Part shown: piece by piece, positions 25,515-38,604 of the stretch | Layout of the letters: each line of letters opens with the position of its first letter | Numbering within the stretch: position 1 is the stretch's first letter | Assembly (NCBI GenBank): GCA_040954595.2 | Contig: CM082577.2 | Location: 15,073,903 to 15,137,902 of the forward strand | Source: Balanoglossus misakiensis | Lineage: Eukaryota; Animalia; Hemichordata | Length of the DNA stretch: 64,000 nucleotides | Direction: 5' to 3' | Notes under the pieces: generated by a model | Database searches by the model: none | What the model was told of the DNA's origin: nothing | The model's input: the letters and a program-made list of their open reading frames with translations, nothing else | Program-made: the position numbers and the translations under genes

Positions 25515-28500
25515 TGAAAAACGCAGCGTTGTTTAACTGTTTTAACCAGTAGCGCCCAATGTGCGCGTCGGTGTATAAGAGGAAAAACTGAGTTCTGTTG
25601 TAGCAAACTCAACCCCAGAGTTAGGTATACAGTACCCGTGTCTAGTTGCTAGCTTATGTTTACTATACTTCTGTGAGCGTGACTTTTGTACATAATAACG
25701 CTACCGTCAAAATATCGCCAAATACACTCTAGTAATACATGTCGGCCTATAACTGCCAAAGCCAATACTTTACCACTGCAAGTCGTGTCTACAGGAGTTG
25801 TGTACATACCTTGAATTTCTTTTAAATGAGAAAAGACTGACTTCTGCAGCAAAGTGTTCGTTCTCTGACTATAACTATGCAGTCTGTGCTGTCACTAGTA
25901 TTGTAACATGTCCCTGCTTGCTTACCAATATATATAAATTAGCACCTACGCATTTATTGTGGGATTGTTCGTCTCCACTATAGGTCATACCGTGCCCTTT
26001 ATATACATTATCTGATTTGACTCGTAATTATTAATTGTCAAAGTATTAGGGGTGGGAGTTTGGGCTGGATTGACCTCGAATGACCTTTTAAGTCTGACTT
26101 ACCTGGTCTACTATATGCGTGCCTAAAGATACATCATGGTCTTGGTGGTGCCAAGTGTTTAAGGTACGAATCCTGCCCGATTTGCCAACAATAATTTCAA
26201 TCATTTTATCGATGAAAATACTAGACAATTATATCGCCGTCGGTGATTGGACACCAACGTCAGCACACATGTCTGTCAGTTTCATAAACCGTCCCATCCA
26301 GATGTGACAACGTGACTTCACGCACTTTTCATACAAGATGTTTTATTATTATAATCGATCATTCGATGATATAAGCATTACATATAATCGATCATTATAG
26401 GAGTGCACTCGGTCCATCCCCTTATTTTGTTTGTAGTTAACACAATTGTGGCTGTCTGCCAACAAACAAGCTGCGGATTGACGTTTTCCAGTTTTCGTGT
26501 TCCGTATTATGATTTTCTCGTGAAATAAAGCCATTCGACTCAAGATGATATATTTTAATTTGAACACGAGCTTAGTCTCAATAACTGTTACTCCGCCTTT
26601 AAACACTTGACGTTTGAATGATTTCAGATGTAAGTCCGAATTCGGTGTGCGGCCATAGCTGCGTGGTTGTAATGCAGATGACAGATATTCAGTTCTGGCC
26701 GTAGGTGGCGCGCACTCGGCCAAACTGTAAAGGGCATAGGCAGCGGTGTACAACAGCATTTGCGCAGCGTGTATTGTCATTTAGCCGTCATCGCTACGCT
26801 ACAGTACTGGACAACCCCAATCCAAATTAGGTTCAAGTTAACTTTCGTCTGGATTTAAACTCGCAAAATAAACCGGTCGCAACATAAAACGAGTTGATGG
26901 TATCTCCTATTCTAAAAGATCACCACTGAAGTCAATTGTTCATACTGAAAATATGTTTCTTTTACCTCATTGCCATAAACAATTTCAACAGATGTAGCGT
27001 AAACGTGCATGCCATGATCATGATAAGCGATCTCAAAAATTGGTACTGGGATAGAATGCATTCAAGGTGGGTTTGACAGCTTTAAGGGTGGTGGGGGGGG
27101 GGAGGGCTTGAAAATTACTGTTGGGTATAACGGGAGGATCCGAAAATAATTTAACTTTTTCATATAACAATACCCGACACAAAGTTAACAATGGAATAGG
27201 CAAAGGCATGCAGTTAAAACTTCGCGAAAGAAAGAGAGTTAAAATGCTATAAGTGTGTATGCTTTAGTGTTAGACTCTCGAACAGCCCATGGTTCGCTAC
27301 AAGGCTCTTCACTGACGCGCCCTCAACCGCTTAGCAAGGGAGAAGCCAAATGTGGTGTTGTGTAGCTCTCGCCGGGCACACATGCAATCAGACTATTAGC
27401 CAGCATGGACGGCGGGAGGGGCTGTGGGATTTGTGGGCAGATACTGATAGCCTAAAAAAACAGACACCCTTTTGAAAACTAGAATAAATTGAACAGAAAA
27501 GCTTGGCAGATTCTAAGAACGTTGTGACTGTTATGTTTGACTTGTTTGATTTTTCTCATTGTGGTCGGTGATTTCCTTCGGCTGTCGGTTTCGGACCGGG
27601 AATCTGTGTCCCTTGATGACTTGCAGGACACTCTCATCGACGTTTCTATTTGAGCATCGTACGAATGTCTCTATATAAAACATGTTAACTGGAGTCGGTG
27701 ACTAAAGTCACAGCGGTAAACTTACAAAATATCAAATGTATCATTCTAAGACACTGATATGGGAGCCATAGCTCCATTTCTTCAGGATTTATGCACAGTG
27801 TTCGATTAATACTAGTACGTACATGTACGTCGCTCATGACCATCTCCTTTCAAATGGTAACATTTAAATTATCCTACGAATGACACATGACGACTAAGCG
27901 GTAGTCATGTTACTTCTTTCTGTGCAGTACAGTTTATATTTTGACCGTGGTCATTTTTACAGATTACCAGGCTTGACAGCGAAAGGTCAGAAGCGGTCTT
28001 CGGAAAAGTTAAGTCAGACAAGGCGAATGTATGTCCGCGACATGTGATGTGTCATCTTATGTCAAAGTTCAACCTGCTACGCCAAGATACGCATCTAGAA
28101 TTGTGTATATGGTCCAGATATGCAAACTAGTTAATCGTAAATCTGCATAGGCAAACCCCTTCAGTAGACCCTCGATGTGTTAATGACTTTGTGCAACTGA
28201 AGTGTTAGATGCATGTAACATATCTTTGGGGAGAGTTTGTATTTGTGTTAGGAAGGCTTTTTAGTCTCGAGCCTGCGCCCCGCCAGCCTCTCAATCATCT
28301 GATCACCATAGTCCGACAAGCGTCTTTAAAACTGCGAAGTTTACCTGTACCTGTACCTTCGAACCTTCGTCGCTGCATTATGTCTGAGTTAGTGTGAACT
28401 TTCGAGATGCTCGTGTAAAAGGTCATTACGCGATCACCCCACGACGAGCGCTAATTTACTCAGGTTCCCTGTCCAATATTTCTACCGCTGGCTGCGGTAC

Positions 28501-29251
28501 AAAAAGGATCAGGTATAGGTCATTGTAAATGTCTTAATATTGATTGGATGAAATTATTGGATTTGGCGAAGTTTTTGTTGCGATACGAAGTTACCTTTGA
28601 AGATGGAATTCTTTTGCCGGCTATAGATTAGTCTGTTATATTGAGTGTACCAGAGTTTAATTAAAAAAAATAATAACTTATACCGATAATGCCAAGATAA
28701 CATGAAATCCCTCAAAAACCCCAGCCAATCAGGCAGGGTTATCTTTCGTTAAAACGTTATCAAAGGGAAATATTCTGCTATGATTATGTGCCGAACAAAG
28801 TCAATCAATCTCCGGATTGACACGACGTATTTACCCAATGTCAACAACACTCACCAAAGGACGCAGAGAGAACGACGTGTGACCGGGTAGCTACAGACAG
28901 AACAAAAAATATAGAAGAGAAATTCCGTATATATTTTATTAGCCTAGTGGTAAAATGGTGATTTATATGAACCGTACATGAATATCTTGGTTGGTCGGTC
29001 TGTCTGTCGGTCGGTGGATAGGATGGTCGGTGGATTGGTTGGATGGCTTGGTTTCCCTCATTTATGATACCAACCATACTATTGTAACCTCGTTCGGTCG
29101 TTAACCATGCAAAAAAGCACACGTACTGTTTGGATCAGATGTTTCGATTTATTATCAGTTTCCCGTGACAAAGTGCCCTGGAAGAGGAGATAACAAACGA
29201 AAACGATGAAATATGAGCACAAAGGTCTCATCCAGTCTCTGTGTCTCGCGC

Positions 29252-29260
29252 TATATAAAG
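29252..29260 (+). promoter_or_regulatory. Candidate TATA box of the plus-strand repeat-domain gene
   Basis: cTATATAAAG ~70 bp upstream of ATG 29322 and of two donor sites (29338/9, 29390/1). Confidence 0.55.
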
Positions 29261-29321
29261 CTCGTGTGAAACAATCAGTTTGGCACTTTCAGCTAGAAGG
29301 CGAGCCTACTTCACAGTTTCC

Positions 29322-29338
29322 ATGTTCTGCATGTCAAG
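29322..29338 (+). CDS. Repeat-domain gene, putative exon 1 coding part (MFCMS-R)
   Basis: ATG TTC TGC ATG TCA AG|gtaaaa is phase 2, matching the acceptor at 32875; alternatively exon 1 is non-coding and translation starts at 32885. Confidence 0.45.
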
Positions 29339-30009
29339 GTAAAACATGATTTTATCATGGAAACGAATTCATTGATTACTTCCCGTGAAGGTAAGTGCGT
29401 TTATGTTTGTGTTTGAAAAAATCATCGTGGAACTTCAGTCAGGTGAAGTTTGGGATTTGCAATTCTTTATCCAATACTATGCGATGATAAAAAATTAAAT
29501 AGTTAATGAAAAATTAGGGATGTCGCATATAAATCAAACCCTTTGAGGAATTCCAGCTTTCTTCGCTAATTATCATAGTCCTAAACCCTAAAAGCATATA
29601 TTTCGCAAAGCCCTGATATATGGAACCCTATATTATTGACGAGATTCCAGCCATTTATTCTTCCAAACGAACGAGACATTTTCGGATGTAGTTGTTGAAC
29701 GCACAAAAGTCCCCATCTTTCCGTGCATTATATCTTGTGCATCCGCTCTTGCATTACTAGTATCATTTTCTAAGAGCTCCGCATTTGCTCATCCGCAGTC
29801 TCTGATCACACTGCAGTGTGTTCCTTCGTCAAATGAAGTGATCCAATATATATTGCCTGGATACATGGTCTTAGTGGCCCGAGCGCAGGGGGCATTTGAG
29901 GTTCCGGCTAACCCGAAGCCTTGGCAACCGTTCAATATAACGTTCACGGGCCCGCTACATCCCCGGATGTTGCCTATTCGTATCAAACAATCAATCGACC
30001 AATCAGTCA

Positions 30010-30010
30010 G

Positions 30011-30066
<56 letters not shown>
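30010..30066. repeat. (TCAA)n microsatellite
   Basis: Direct inspection. Confidence 0.95.
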
Positions 30067-30067
<1 letters not shown>

Positions 30068-30520
30068 GCATATATTGATTTTGCACTCACATCGAGGCAT
30101 GTTACAATGAGCTTGTTATGTATGGTCTGGCTATTCTTTACTATCAATCACGTGATCTGGCCATCATTTCCAGGTGACGGGCAAGCAATATTTTGGCATC
30201 CAATAAAAGTTTTTCCGACTATGTTTTTACTTTAGAACCGCGAGACACGTGACACGTATCAGGTATGGTGCCTCATCAGCCCCATGGCGTTACGTCTGCG
30301 CAGTCTTTGTCTGCACCACGCTGCTGAAGTTGCCCGTCATCTGGAAATTTGAATGCCAACGTAACTGTGTCTGAGCACGTCAGACGTCATTTGATATCGA
30401 AGAATTTAAAAATCCACCGCCGCATCTTTTGTCACGATAATCATATTTTCTATATTATTGTAAACAGAATAGAAAATTATGAAATTGCAGGACCATTTCG
30501 AAGTTTTGCTTATCTCATTA

Positions 30521-30835
30521 GGCCAAATGAATAATACGTGCTGTTCCGATTACATGGTTTTCAAAAATAGGGTAGGTAGATTGGGATTTCTTTTATTTTG
30601 CGATTTTTTTATTATTCTGGCGGCCATAGTGTAGAAAATGACGTCATTGTTCTTGAGTGGTGCGCGAGATTTTGTTATAGTTCTCCCGTGATTCACGCGA
30701 TTTTCATTTATTTCGTATATTTCACATCGTTATTTTTATTTCCGGGTGTACGAAGCTCTAAAAAGTTTAGGGTAGGCGAGTTAAAATTAAGGTAGTCGGG
30801 TAATCGGAACAGCACATTTTGTTTTTATTTTGGCC
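30521..30835. mobile_element. Harbinger/Tourist-like MITE, family 1 copy 2
   Basis: GGCCAAA...TTTGGCC termini, TTA duplicated on both sides. Confidence 0.85.
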
Positions 30836-31167
30836 TTAAGATCAGTCAGTAGCTGCAATTGGATTCCTGGAGGCTTCACAATCCCGCATTCAATTGGATG
30901 TTATTTCATTTGTTTAAACACTATATCATTGTCAGACAAGAAAATCTTCTCGAAGACCATATCAGCAGATACAAAGGTCACAAAATGCCTAGCACAATGT
31001 TAACAAACTCTGCTTTCAGAACGCCTTTGGTTAATCATTATCTGGTACGACACAACTACTATTCTGACTCGAAATGTCTATCGGTGTACAGACATATTGT
31101 GCGTGTCAGTGTAAATAAATATATCGTATTGAAAGTCAGGAAAGGTATTGTAAGTCTGTATATAGTC

Positions 31168-31508
31168 TAGAATCATGTGTTTTGGCTATGCTCCACACAG
31201 GGTCCAGCATTTCGGTCTTCATTTTTGAATTCTTACTACTTGCTATTTGCCTTTCAAAGTACTCCACTCACGGCAACTCTGGTCACTGATATTGAGCAAC
31301 ATCCATGCTCACATTAATCCATCCCATCAGTAGTAGATCGGGTAATAATTTACTTCTAGGATGTCATGATCACGACCACATGGAGATCAGTGACATGAGT
31401 TGCCATGGCTAGAGTCATTTGACATGCAAATAGCAAAAATTTAAAAAAAGACCAACATGCTAGACCCTGTGTGGAGCATAGCGAGAAAACACAGGAGTTT
31501 GGATTCTA
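31168..31508. mobile_element. TIR MITE (TAG...CTA termini), family 2 copy 1
   Basis: tagaatc...ctatgctccacacagggtc / gaccctgtgtggagcatag...gattcta inverted ends; homologous copy at 53694. Confidence 0.75.
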
Positions 31509-32874
31509 GACGACCCTGCAAGTATAAGTTAATCCAAAAGTATATTAAAATAGACCCAGTGCATTTGGATGCGGGGAACGAATCCGATCCATTGATCTGA
31601 GGCAAATCTACTGCTTCTCCTAAATCACACGAGACACTTATCATTTCAATCACGTCGTAAATATAATCGCACTATGTAACTCTATATCAGGTTAGCGTAA
31701 GTAGCGTCTGTAGGCAAAAGGTTCTCAGATAAGTTTATTTGATCCAGTTTAAGTACAAATACAGATAATGTGATCTCGTGCGTATTTTTCTATGTCGAAA
31801 GTTAAATTACTCCTGAAACGTTTTTAAAAAGTGATGCCGGAGTAATCGAACTTCTTCAAAACCAGGAAAATGCGAAAATCTTGCCATGCATCTATGTCTG
31901 TGGATACTCGTCTTCTCGGCTACATCACACATGTTCAGAAAAAAACAACCAACCAACCAACCAACGTAAAGCAATCACCCAGTCGATCTCAGCTTGTGAC
32001 TTCATCAACCGGCTAAAAATCACGCACGCCTTACTAGTCTAATAAATGGGTATGGCACTCGTTTATCACTTGTACAGCCCTGAACGAATCATGCATTATT
32101 AATGGGCGTAGGGGATTTCGGCTTAATAGTAGACTTGGCCACACGTCAGATCAGTATGGGTGCGTTTTCGTTCAACTGACTATGAGATATGGTTGTAGAC
32201 TAGTATTGTATTGAATAATTTAGTAAAACAGCCAATCAAGAAATAGAACACAGCGGAACCGTTGTGATAGAAACGTAGGCCCAGTTCTGCGACGTTTTAA
32301 AACTCACAAGGTATTTTAAGTGACATTATGATATCAAGTAGATTGCATAAAGTATCAAACATGGTTTTGTTTATCAGTTGTAACCGCTGCAAGGGTCACT
32401 TCGTTGTCTGCATGTCACATACTATCTGCAGGCTACTTAGAATTCTCAGATAATTGCAGTACGTATCTGTGAAACCTGATAAATATATGCGATAAGTAGC
32501 GTCCATACTTCAATGATTAGATGCACGATTACTATAAACACGCCCTTATCTACTATATCATTTGGGGTTTTGTCCATTCATGTTTTGCTGTGTCATCCAC
32601 GGTAAAATACGTTGCAGCCATGAAAGACAAATAGTCGTCCCCAGAAGCACATTTTTAAATCAAGTTAATTTCCGAAAGAACTGTAGCTTCTTAATTCGAG
32701 ACATTGTAATAATTTTTGAATATGCGAAAACCAAATTAAATGAGCTAGTGTTAACTTAGGCTTTGTTTATGCCGCCACGTTTTGTTTTATTTTGTTGGAG
32801 TGCGTGAGAAGATTCCAGCACGATATTAAGTGTTCTGTGTTGTTTTAACTGTCTGTTGTCTTCCCCTTATCCAG

Positions 32875-33052
32875 GTATTTAATCATGAAGTACGTGGAAT
32901 ATGAGAAGATATGCAACAGGGACTTTGGTATAACCCTCAGAGATATCAGCGATACCATTCTGTATGTAGAATGCAGGAAGAGGGCTCTTAGTGACGACGA
33001 GTTTAAGTGCCTCAGATACTGCAAACGACTGCTGGTGAGACAACCACGGGAA
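32875..33052 (+). CDS. Repeat-domain protein exon 2 (domain 1, half a)
   Basis: ttccccttatccag| ... CGG GAA|gtgagt; KICNRDFGITLRDISDTI...DEFKCLRYCKRLL. Confidence 0.8.
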
Positions 33053-33509
33053 GTGAGTGGACTCTTTAACATTTACGATACGTTGGCGTAGTACCATAAA
33101 ACGGGCATCACAAATTTAAACCGACAATAACATAATCCCCATGGAACTCGTTTATGAAGTGTATTCTATTAAATAATTGAATCCACATAACAATAGCTGC
33201 TACAAATCTCTACCGGGTAACGATTAATGACATAAGTTCTGCTTCCATAGAGAAAAGACATAGGCATATCCTCTGAGTGAGCGTCAAACAAATTTTGACA
33301 TTTTTGTGGATTATAAGCAGTGCTGGGGGCTATTGCAGAGTCTTAATGCAACAAGATGATATGGGCGTGTGTTAAAATATCGCTGTACAAGGCCTTCTTA
33401 AGGTAGCATTCACATCCAAGTCGAAAATCAAAGGTATAAAGTTTTTGTCATAATTTGCTCAAGCCAACTTTACCTTATAATCTTTCTGAAAATGTGATGA
33501 CTATTCTAG

Positions 33510-33792
33510 GTGTGGAAAGATGCTGTTATCATCGTTCGCGAAAGGTTCATGACCGTGACCTTCTCAGCTGGTGAGAGATTTCACGTGTTTGAAGTAGGCC
33601 TCGACCATGCAGGCAATCCTCTTTCATCGGAAGTCGTCAATATAACTGCCTTCAAAGGGAGCGACTCGCCAATGTACCTTTCTCTGAATGACCTCCGATC
33701 GGGCGAAAACATAGAGGAGGACATCAATGGGGATATGGATATCACACAACTCAGGGATGGCACGCCAAAACAGTCAGAAACATTGCATGCAG
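33510..33792 (+). CDS. Repeat-domain protein exon 3 (domain 1, half b + linker)
   Basis: ttctag|GTG TGG AAA; VWKDAVIIV...TFSAGERFHVFEVGLDHAGNP; GCA G|gtaaaa phase 1. Confidence 0.8.
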
Positions 33793-34399
33793 GTAAAAAT
33801 GACGTTAGTCTAGAATCCGGACTCGACTTTTTCGCTAGGCTCCTCACACGGTCTAGCCTCGTCCTCTTGATTTGATTTTTTATTTTTCCTATAGCACATG
33901 TCAAACGGACTACAACCTCGGAATCTCGGCAACGCGGCAACGACGTGATCATGTCTATGACGTCGTTCAGGTCAATTACCATACGCGACACACGTATTTG
34001 GAAAGCAGTTAGCATTAATGAGCAACGCCCGTGCTATTGCAACGGCCAATCAGTAGTCTGAATTCTACATTTAGATGTCGTCTAATAGCAATATCACCGA
34101 TCATGATGTATATTCACCATTTCTTAACTCCACAAATACAATGAAATTTATCTATCAAGGTGTTGTCCTTATACCGGCCCTTGTAACTCTAACTTTTGGA
34201 TATTTGTTCAGCGTCTCTTCCTCCCTTTATCAATAATGATTTCTTGTTCAGCTTTAGCTTCTCAACCTTATATGAGTAACAGTCATTCTTATTGTAGAAA
34301 TGAGCCCAAAAATAGAGTAACAGGATCCCTGAATTATATACAAGCTTCATTCCAGCAAAACGATACGAATAGTAAACTTCATCGTCACTCTCATTCCAG

Positions 34400-34557
34400 A
34401 GTCGAAGGAATACTTAAAGACGTGTGACCCATGCATTACTTTCAAAGACATTTATGATGTTATTGAAGAAATGGAATCGTCCGTGAATTCCGTGAAGGCA
34501 GAAGACAAGTTATGTCTCCATTATTGTTACACGCTGTTTGGACAATGGAATAAGAAG
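34400..34557 (+). CDS. Repeat-domain protein exon 4 (domain 2a)
   Basis: tcattccag|AG TCG; SKEYLKTCDPCITFKDIYDVIEEM...EDKLCLHYCYTLFGQWNKK|gtatca; phase 1-0; absent from ORF track. Confidence 0.8.
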
Positions 34558-35783
34558 GTATCAGAAACGTTTTCTATGATTTTGACAATGCAATGACGGT
34601 AACAACTTACACTAGTTTTCAACTCAACTATTCTCTATCATACAGTAGGCTATGTTTCATAAGTTTCAAAATATCTTTTCAGTAACTCCGGGCGTATCAT
34701 TATAATTGCACAAATTTGCTAAATAGCCAAACAGTATAGAAAACATTTTCCAATTTCCGAAAAACCTCTTTTTTACATAATTACTGCTGAAAAAGTTAGA
34801 AATTTATGAAAATATTCCTTATTCTTTGCCAATTTCTAATGAAAAAATTACATAAAGGTATTCTTAGTCTCTTTCCTGCAGCTGTACAGCAGGAAAAATG
34901 CATTTTGTCATATTTTGGCTTTAAACTCAAATTAAAATTTATCTGTGAAAAAACTGAGTCTCCTTCAAAGCCACGTACATGACAGTCCTTTTGATTTTTT
35001 TCTAATGAAATTTTGTCTCCATGTTTATCATGAGTAATATTTTTATTGAAAATTTGCAAGTGTGTGAATTGTTTGTAAAATTTCGCCAGAAAAAACAATA
35101 GCATCAAAAAGTAAATCTGAAACCCAATATTTATTACAAGAATTGTTAGATTAATATCCGTATCACACAAATCCGTTGGATTTCGTATGAATTTTAGGAA
35201 ATAAGCACTGCTAATTGACAAATCCATATTTTGCAGCTGAAATACTTGGAAAAGAGTCAGTGGCATGTGAGAGCTTGGAAATTTCCAAGCACTGACAAGG
35301 GTCAGTGGTCGGAAATTTCCAGACACTCAGGGAATGTGAGAGCCTGGAAATTTCCAAGCACTGACAAGGGTCAGTGGTCGGAAATTTCCAGACACTCAGG
35401 GAATGTGAGAGCTTAGAAATTTCCAAGCACTGACAAGGGTCAGTGGTCGGAAATTTCCAGACACTCAGGGAATGTGAGAGCCTGGAAATTTCCAAGCACT
35501 GACAAGGGTCAGTGGTCGGAAATTTCCAGACACTCAGGGAATGTGAGAGCTTAGAAATTTCCAAGCACTGACAAGGGTCAGTGGTCGGAAATTTCCGGAC
35601 ACTCAGGGAATGTGAGAGCCTGGAAATTTCCAAGCACTGACAAGGGTCAGTGGTCGGAAATTTCCAGACACTCAGGGAATGTGAGAGCCTTGATATCTCC
35701 AAGCACTGACAGGGTCATGGTAGTCCCCCGTACAGGTCTGCGTTCTCCCGGCGTTTAATACATGGCTTCCACCACATCTCTGC

Positions 35784-36178
35784 AAGGCTCCATGGACAAA
35801 ACTGATTCGTCTGAGATCCGGATCCGGACAGCAGCTTTTCGGCCGAGATTCGATTTTATCGGGGGGAATCTTCCCCCCGTCTACCCACAAATGACTCCAA
35901 ATATGATGTAATTAACTTCTGAGCCGCTCGCTTTCTGATTTTCTCTTGTGTTTACCTGTTGAGATCGCCATATTGAATACGGTGAGGTTATCTCAATGGG
36001 TAAACACAAAAGTTTCAGAAAGCGAGCGGTTCGGATGTTAGAAGAAGTCAATCGTGGAGTCGGTTATAACCGGTTAGTAGACAGGGAAAGGATATTCTCC
36101 CGATAAAATCGAATTTCGGCGAAAAGCTCTGGTACGGATCTGGACCGCAGACGCAACAGGTTTGTCTAAGGAGCCTTA
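35784..36178. mobile_element. Degenerate long-inverted-repeat MITE nested in the foldback element
   Basis: aaggctcc...ttcgattttatcggg vs cccgataaaatcgaa...ggagcctt arms. Confidence 0.65.
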
Positions 36179-36187
36179 GCGTCACAA

Positions 36188-36597
36188 TGTTCATGACAGG
36201 CTTCGCCTACCAACTCCTCTGAGTTAGCCCATACACTAGTTGTTTATTGGGAATTGGTATTGTTTATCTGAGACAATTGTTCTTTCTACTCTGTATACAA
36301 AGTCACAACTTCACAACTACCAAATGCTATTGTTCTTGAATTATGCAGTGTTACCAAATGTCACAGTTCAAACCACTGTTTATAAAGAAGTATTGGCCAT
36401 CCCGCCCCCCTCTCTTCATTCCGAACCTATTCCCAAGTGTACGCGGTACATTTGTTGGTGCCGAGACCAGGATGTCGGGCATGGAGAGAGAGAGAAGAGG
36501 CCACCGCAGTCAAATGACCAATCTCATCCGTAGGGTTGAAGATATAAACACAGGCGAAGTTCCTCAACAGATCGTTTTCCTAAAGGCCATAATTTGA
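36188..36597 (+). mobile_element. BEL/Pao-like LTR retrotransposon 5' fragment (LTR, PBS, gag start)
   Basis: TGT(36188)...ACA(36450), then TGGTGCCGAGACCAGGAT (tRNA-His-like PBS, 36456) overlapping ATG 36472 of MSGMERERRGHRSQMTNLIRRVE. Confidence 0.6.
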
Positions 36598-37511
36598 AAC
36601 ATGATAGAGAAACTCAAGATTTCCAAGCACTGACCCTGTCAATGCTTGGAAATTTCCAGGCTCTCACATTCCCCGAGTGTCTGGATATTTCCGGCCACTA
36701 ACCCTGTCAGTGCTTGGAAATTTCTAGACTCCCACATTCCCTGAGTGTCTGGAAATTTCCGACCACTGACCCTTGTCAGTGCTTGGAAATTTCTAAGCTC
36801 TCACATTCCCTGAGTGTCTGGAAATTTCCGACCACTGACCCTTGTCAGTGCTTGGAAATTTCCAGGCTCTCACATTCCCCGAGTGTCTGGAAATTTCCGA
36901 CCACTGACCCTTGTCAGTGCTTGGAAATATCTAAGCTCTCACATTCCCTGAGTGTCTGGAAATTTCCGACCACTGACCCTTCTGGAGTGACTAGCAATTT
37001 TTGCAAATTGTACTATTAATTGAATTCATAATTTAATAATTAGTTTTTTTCAATGAAATATTCAAATCCATACAACCCAAAGATGGCTCCTTCATTATTT
37101 CTATGGAAATTTCACAGTTTATTCTTTTCTTTCTGCACACTCGCAAACATCTTGAAAATAATCATAGAAAAATATCGAAATATATTGTACTGTGAACAAA
37201 ACACTAATTTCCTTGAAAAAAGTTTAAAAAAACGGCTACTTTTCGGAAATTGGAAAATGTTTTCTATACTGTTGCCAGTAATTCACTCGTGGAACTGCTG
37301 CACTTTATTTGTATCACGCTGCATCGCATTGTTCAGCCAATAATATTAAAATACAAAATTTACACTGGATTAGATTGATTCAACGTATATCTAGACGAAT
37401 ATCTGTTGGTTCCCACCATTCCTTCAACCACCAGACACATTTCTGCTGAAAATAGCCAGCGAGATAACATCAGGCATCCATTTGTGCTATTTATTCTTAT
37501 TGTCCTTTCAG

Positions 37512-37736
37512 GTGTTTGAAAATGCCAAAATAATCGTGCACTGTGAAATCGCGCGATTTATTTTTAAGTCAGGAGCACAGACCAATCGGTTTGAAGTGAT
37601 GAAGAATGAATACGGGCAGCCCATTCATCGCATTCTCGCTATCAAAGAAGTTGAAGAAGGGGATCATGACCGTTACCAGACATGCAGATGCCAACTGAAG
37701 ATGACCCGTCACCAGTTATGAAGCAATCTTTACCAG
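37512..37736 (+). CDS. Repeat-domain protein exon 5 (domain 2b); apparent 1-bp deletion near 37670
   Basis: cctttcag|GTG TTT GAA; VFENAKIIVHC...FKSGAQTNRFEVMKNEYGQPIHR; in-frame TGA at 37719 precedes donor ccag|gtaaag; exon is 225 nt where 3n+1 is required. Confidence 0.7.
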
Positions 37737-38076
37737 GTAAAGAAACAATCAGACAAATTAATTTATTGTGTTCTTTATTTCAAAACTTTCCATGTATGGG
37801 CGTTTCTATATAAATTTCTGCGTCTTTGGATCATAAAATATGCTTTGGAAATGATTTTTAAAGAAACCACTTCTGCATTAACGAAAAACGACGAAACTTC
37901 TTTTTTTTCACTTAAGAAAGGATCTGGGACAGTCCCTAAGAAAGGGGAAATTTGATCAATATAACCTCTGTCTTGGCTAGTATCACCACTACCGTGGATA
38001 TGGCTGCATTGCACTTATCTTTGACTTGTCAAATGTGGACAAAAAATGAAGTCCTATCTGATTTTTCTATCTGTAG

Positions 38077-38225
38077 AAACAGTGCGAATATGCCAACCTA
38101 GGATAACGTACGGACACATCGAAGAAGTCATCACAGAGTGTGCCGGTAGCAAAGGCGATATTCACGCCGGTGACATAGAGTGCCTGCGACATTGTTATTC
38201 ATTGATTGAGAGACACGGTGGAAAG
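38077..38225 (+). CDS. Repeat-domain protein exon 6 (domain 3a)
   Basis: ctatctgtag|AA ACA; TVRICQPRITYGHIEEVI...DIECLRHCYSLIERHGGK|gtatgt. Confidence 0.85.
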
Positions 38226-38604
38226 GTATGTTTGAGGGTACACGGGTTGAAAAGATTACGTGAAAGGGGGGGGGGGTGTCTTAAGGTAAAATAAGCCGCA
38301 GCGACAGAATCCAAAGTTTGATTACTCTAACAATGTCTTGCGAAGTCAACAATGATACTAAGCAAATTATCCCGACTTTGTACTTGAATACATAACTTGG
38401 GAAATGGGGACTGTGGCTGTTACACTACAGCAAATATTTGTATAATAATTCCGCGAACCAAATACAGTATTTCACTTTTCGAAACTCTGCTCAACTATAC
38501 TACCAATGTTTTCCTTGGCAGTACAACTTGTATATTGTTACTGCTGACACTACGATAACGGTCATCAACATATTTACAACAAGATATTTATATATTATCT
38601 CCAG

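Larger units (their letters stand above)
34730..37273. mobile_element. Foldback-type non-autonomous TIR element with inverted 63-bp tandem arrays
   Basis: TIR aacagtatagaaaacattttccaatttccgaaa and its inverse at ~37241-37273; GCCA directly repeated on both flanks; 63-bp arrays at ~35267-35713 and inverted at ~36620-36980. Confidence 0.85.

Noticed and set aside
22327-25536. 1069-aa Ser/Ala/Val-rich and Leu/His-rich plus-strand ORFs
   Set aside because: Antisense shadows of the acidic repeat; the minus frame has the ATG, natural composition and splice donor
27265-27340. tRNA-like minus-strand segment (A-box-like GCTAAGCGG, GTTCGA)
   Set aside because: Cannot fold a convincing cloverleaf; at most a decayed tRNA-derived SINE head
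35267-35713. 63-bp array ORFs or CRISPR-like array
   Set aside because: Tandem units lack spacers and are mirrored at 36620-36980; subterminal repeats of a foldback element
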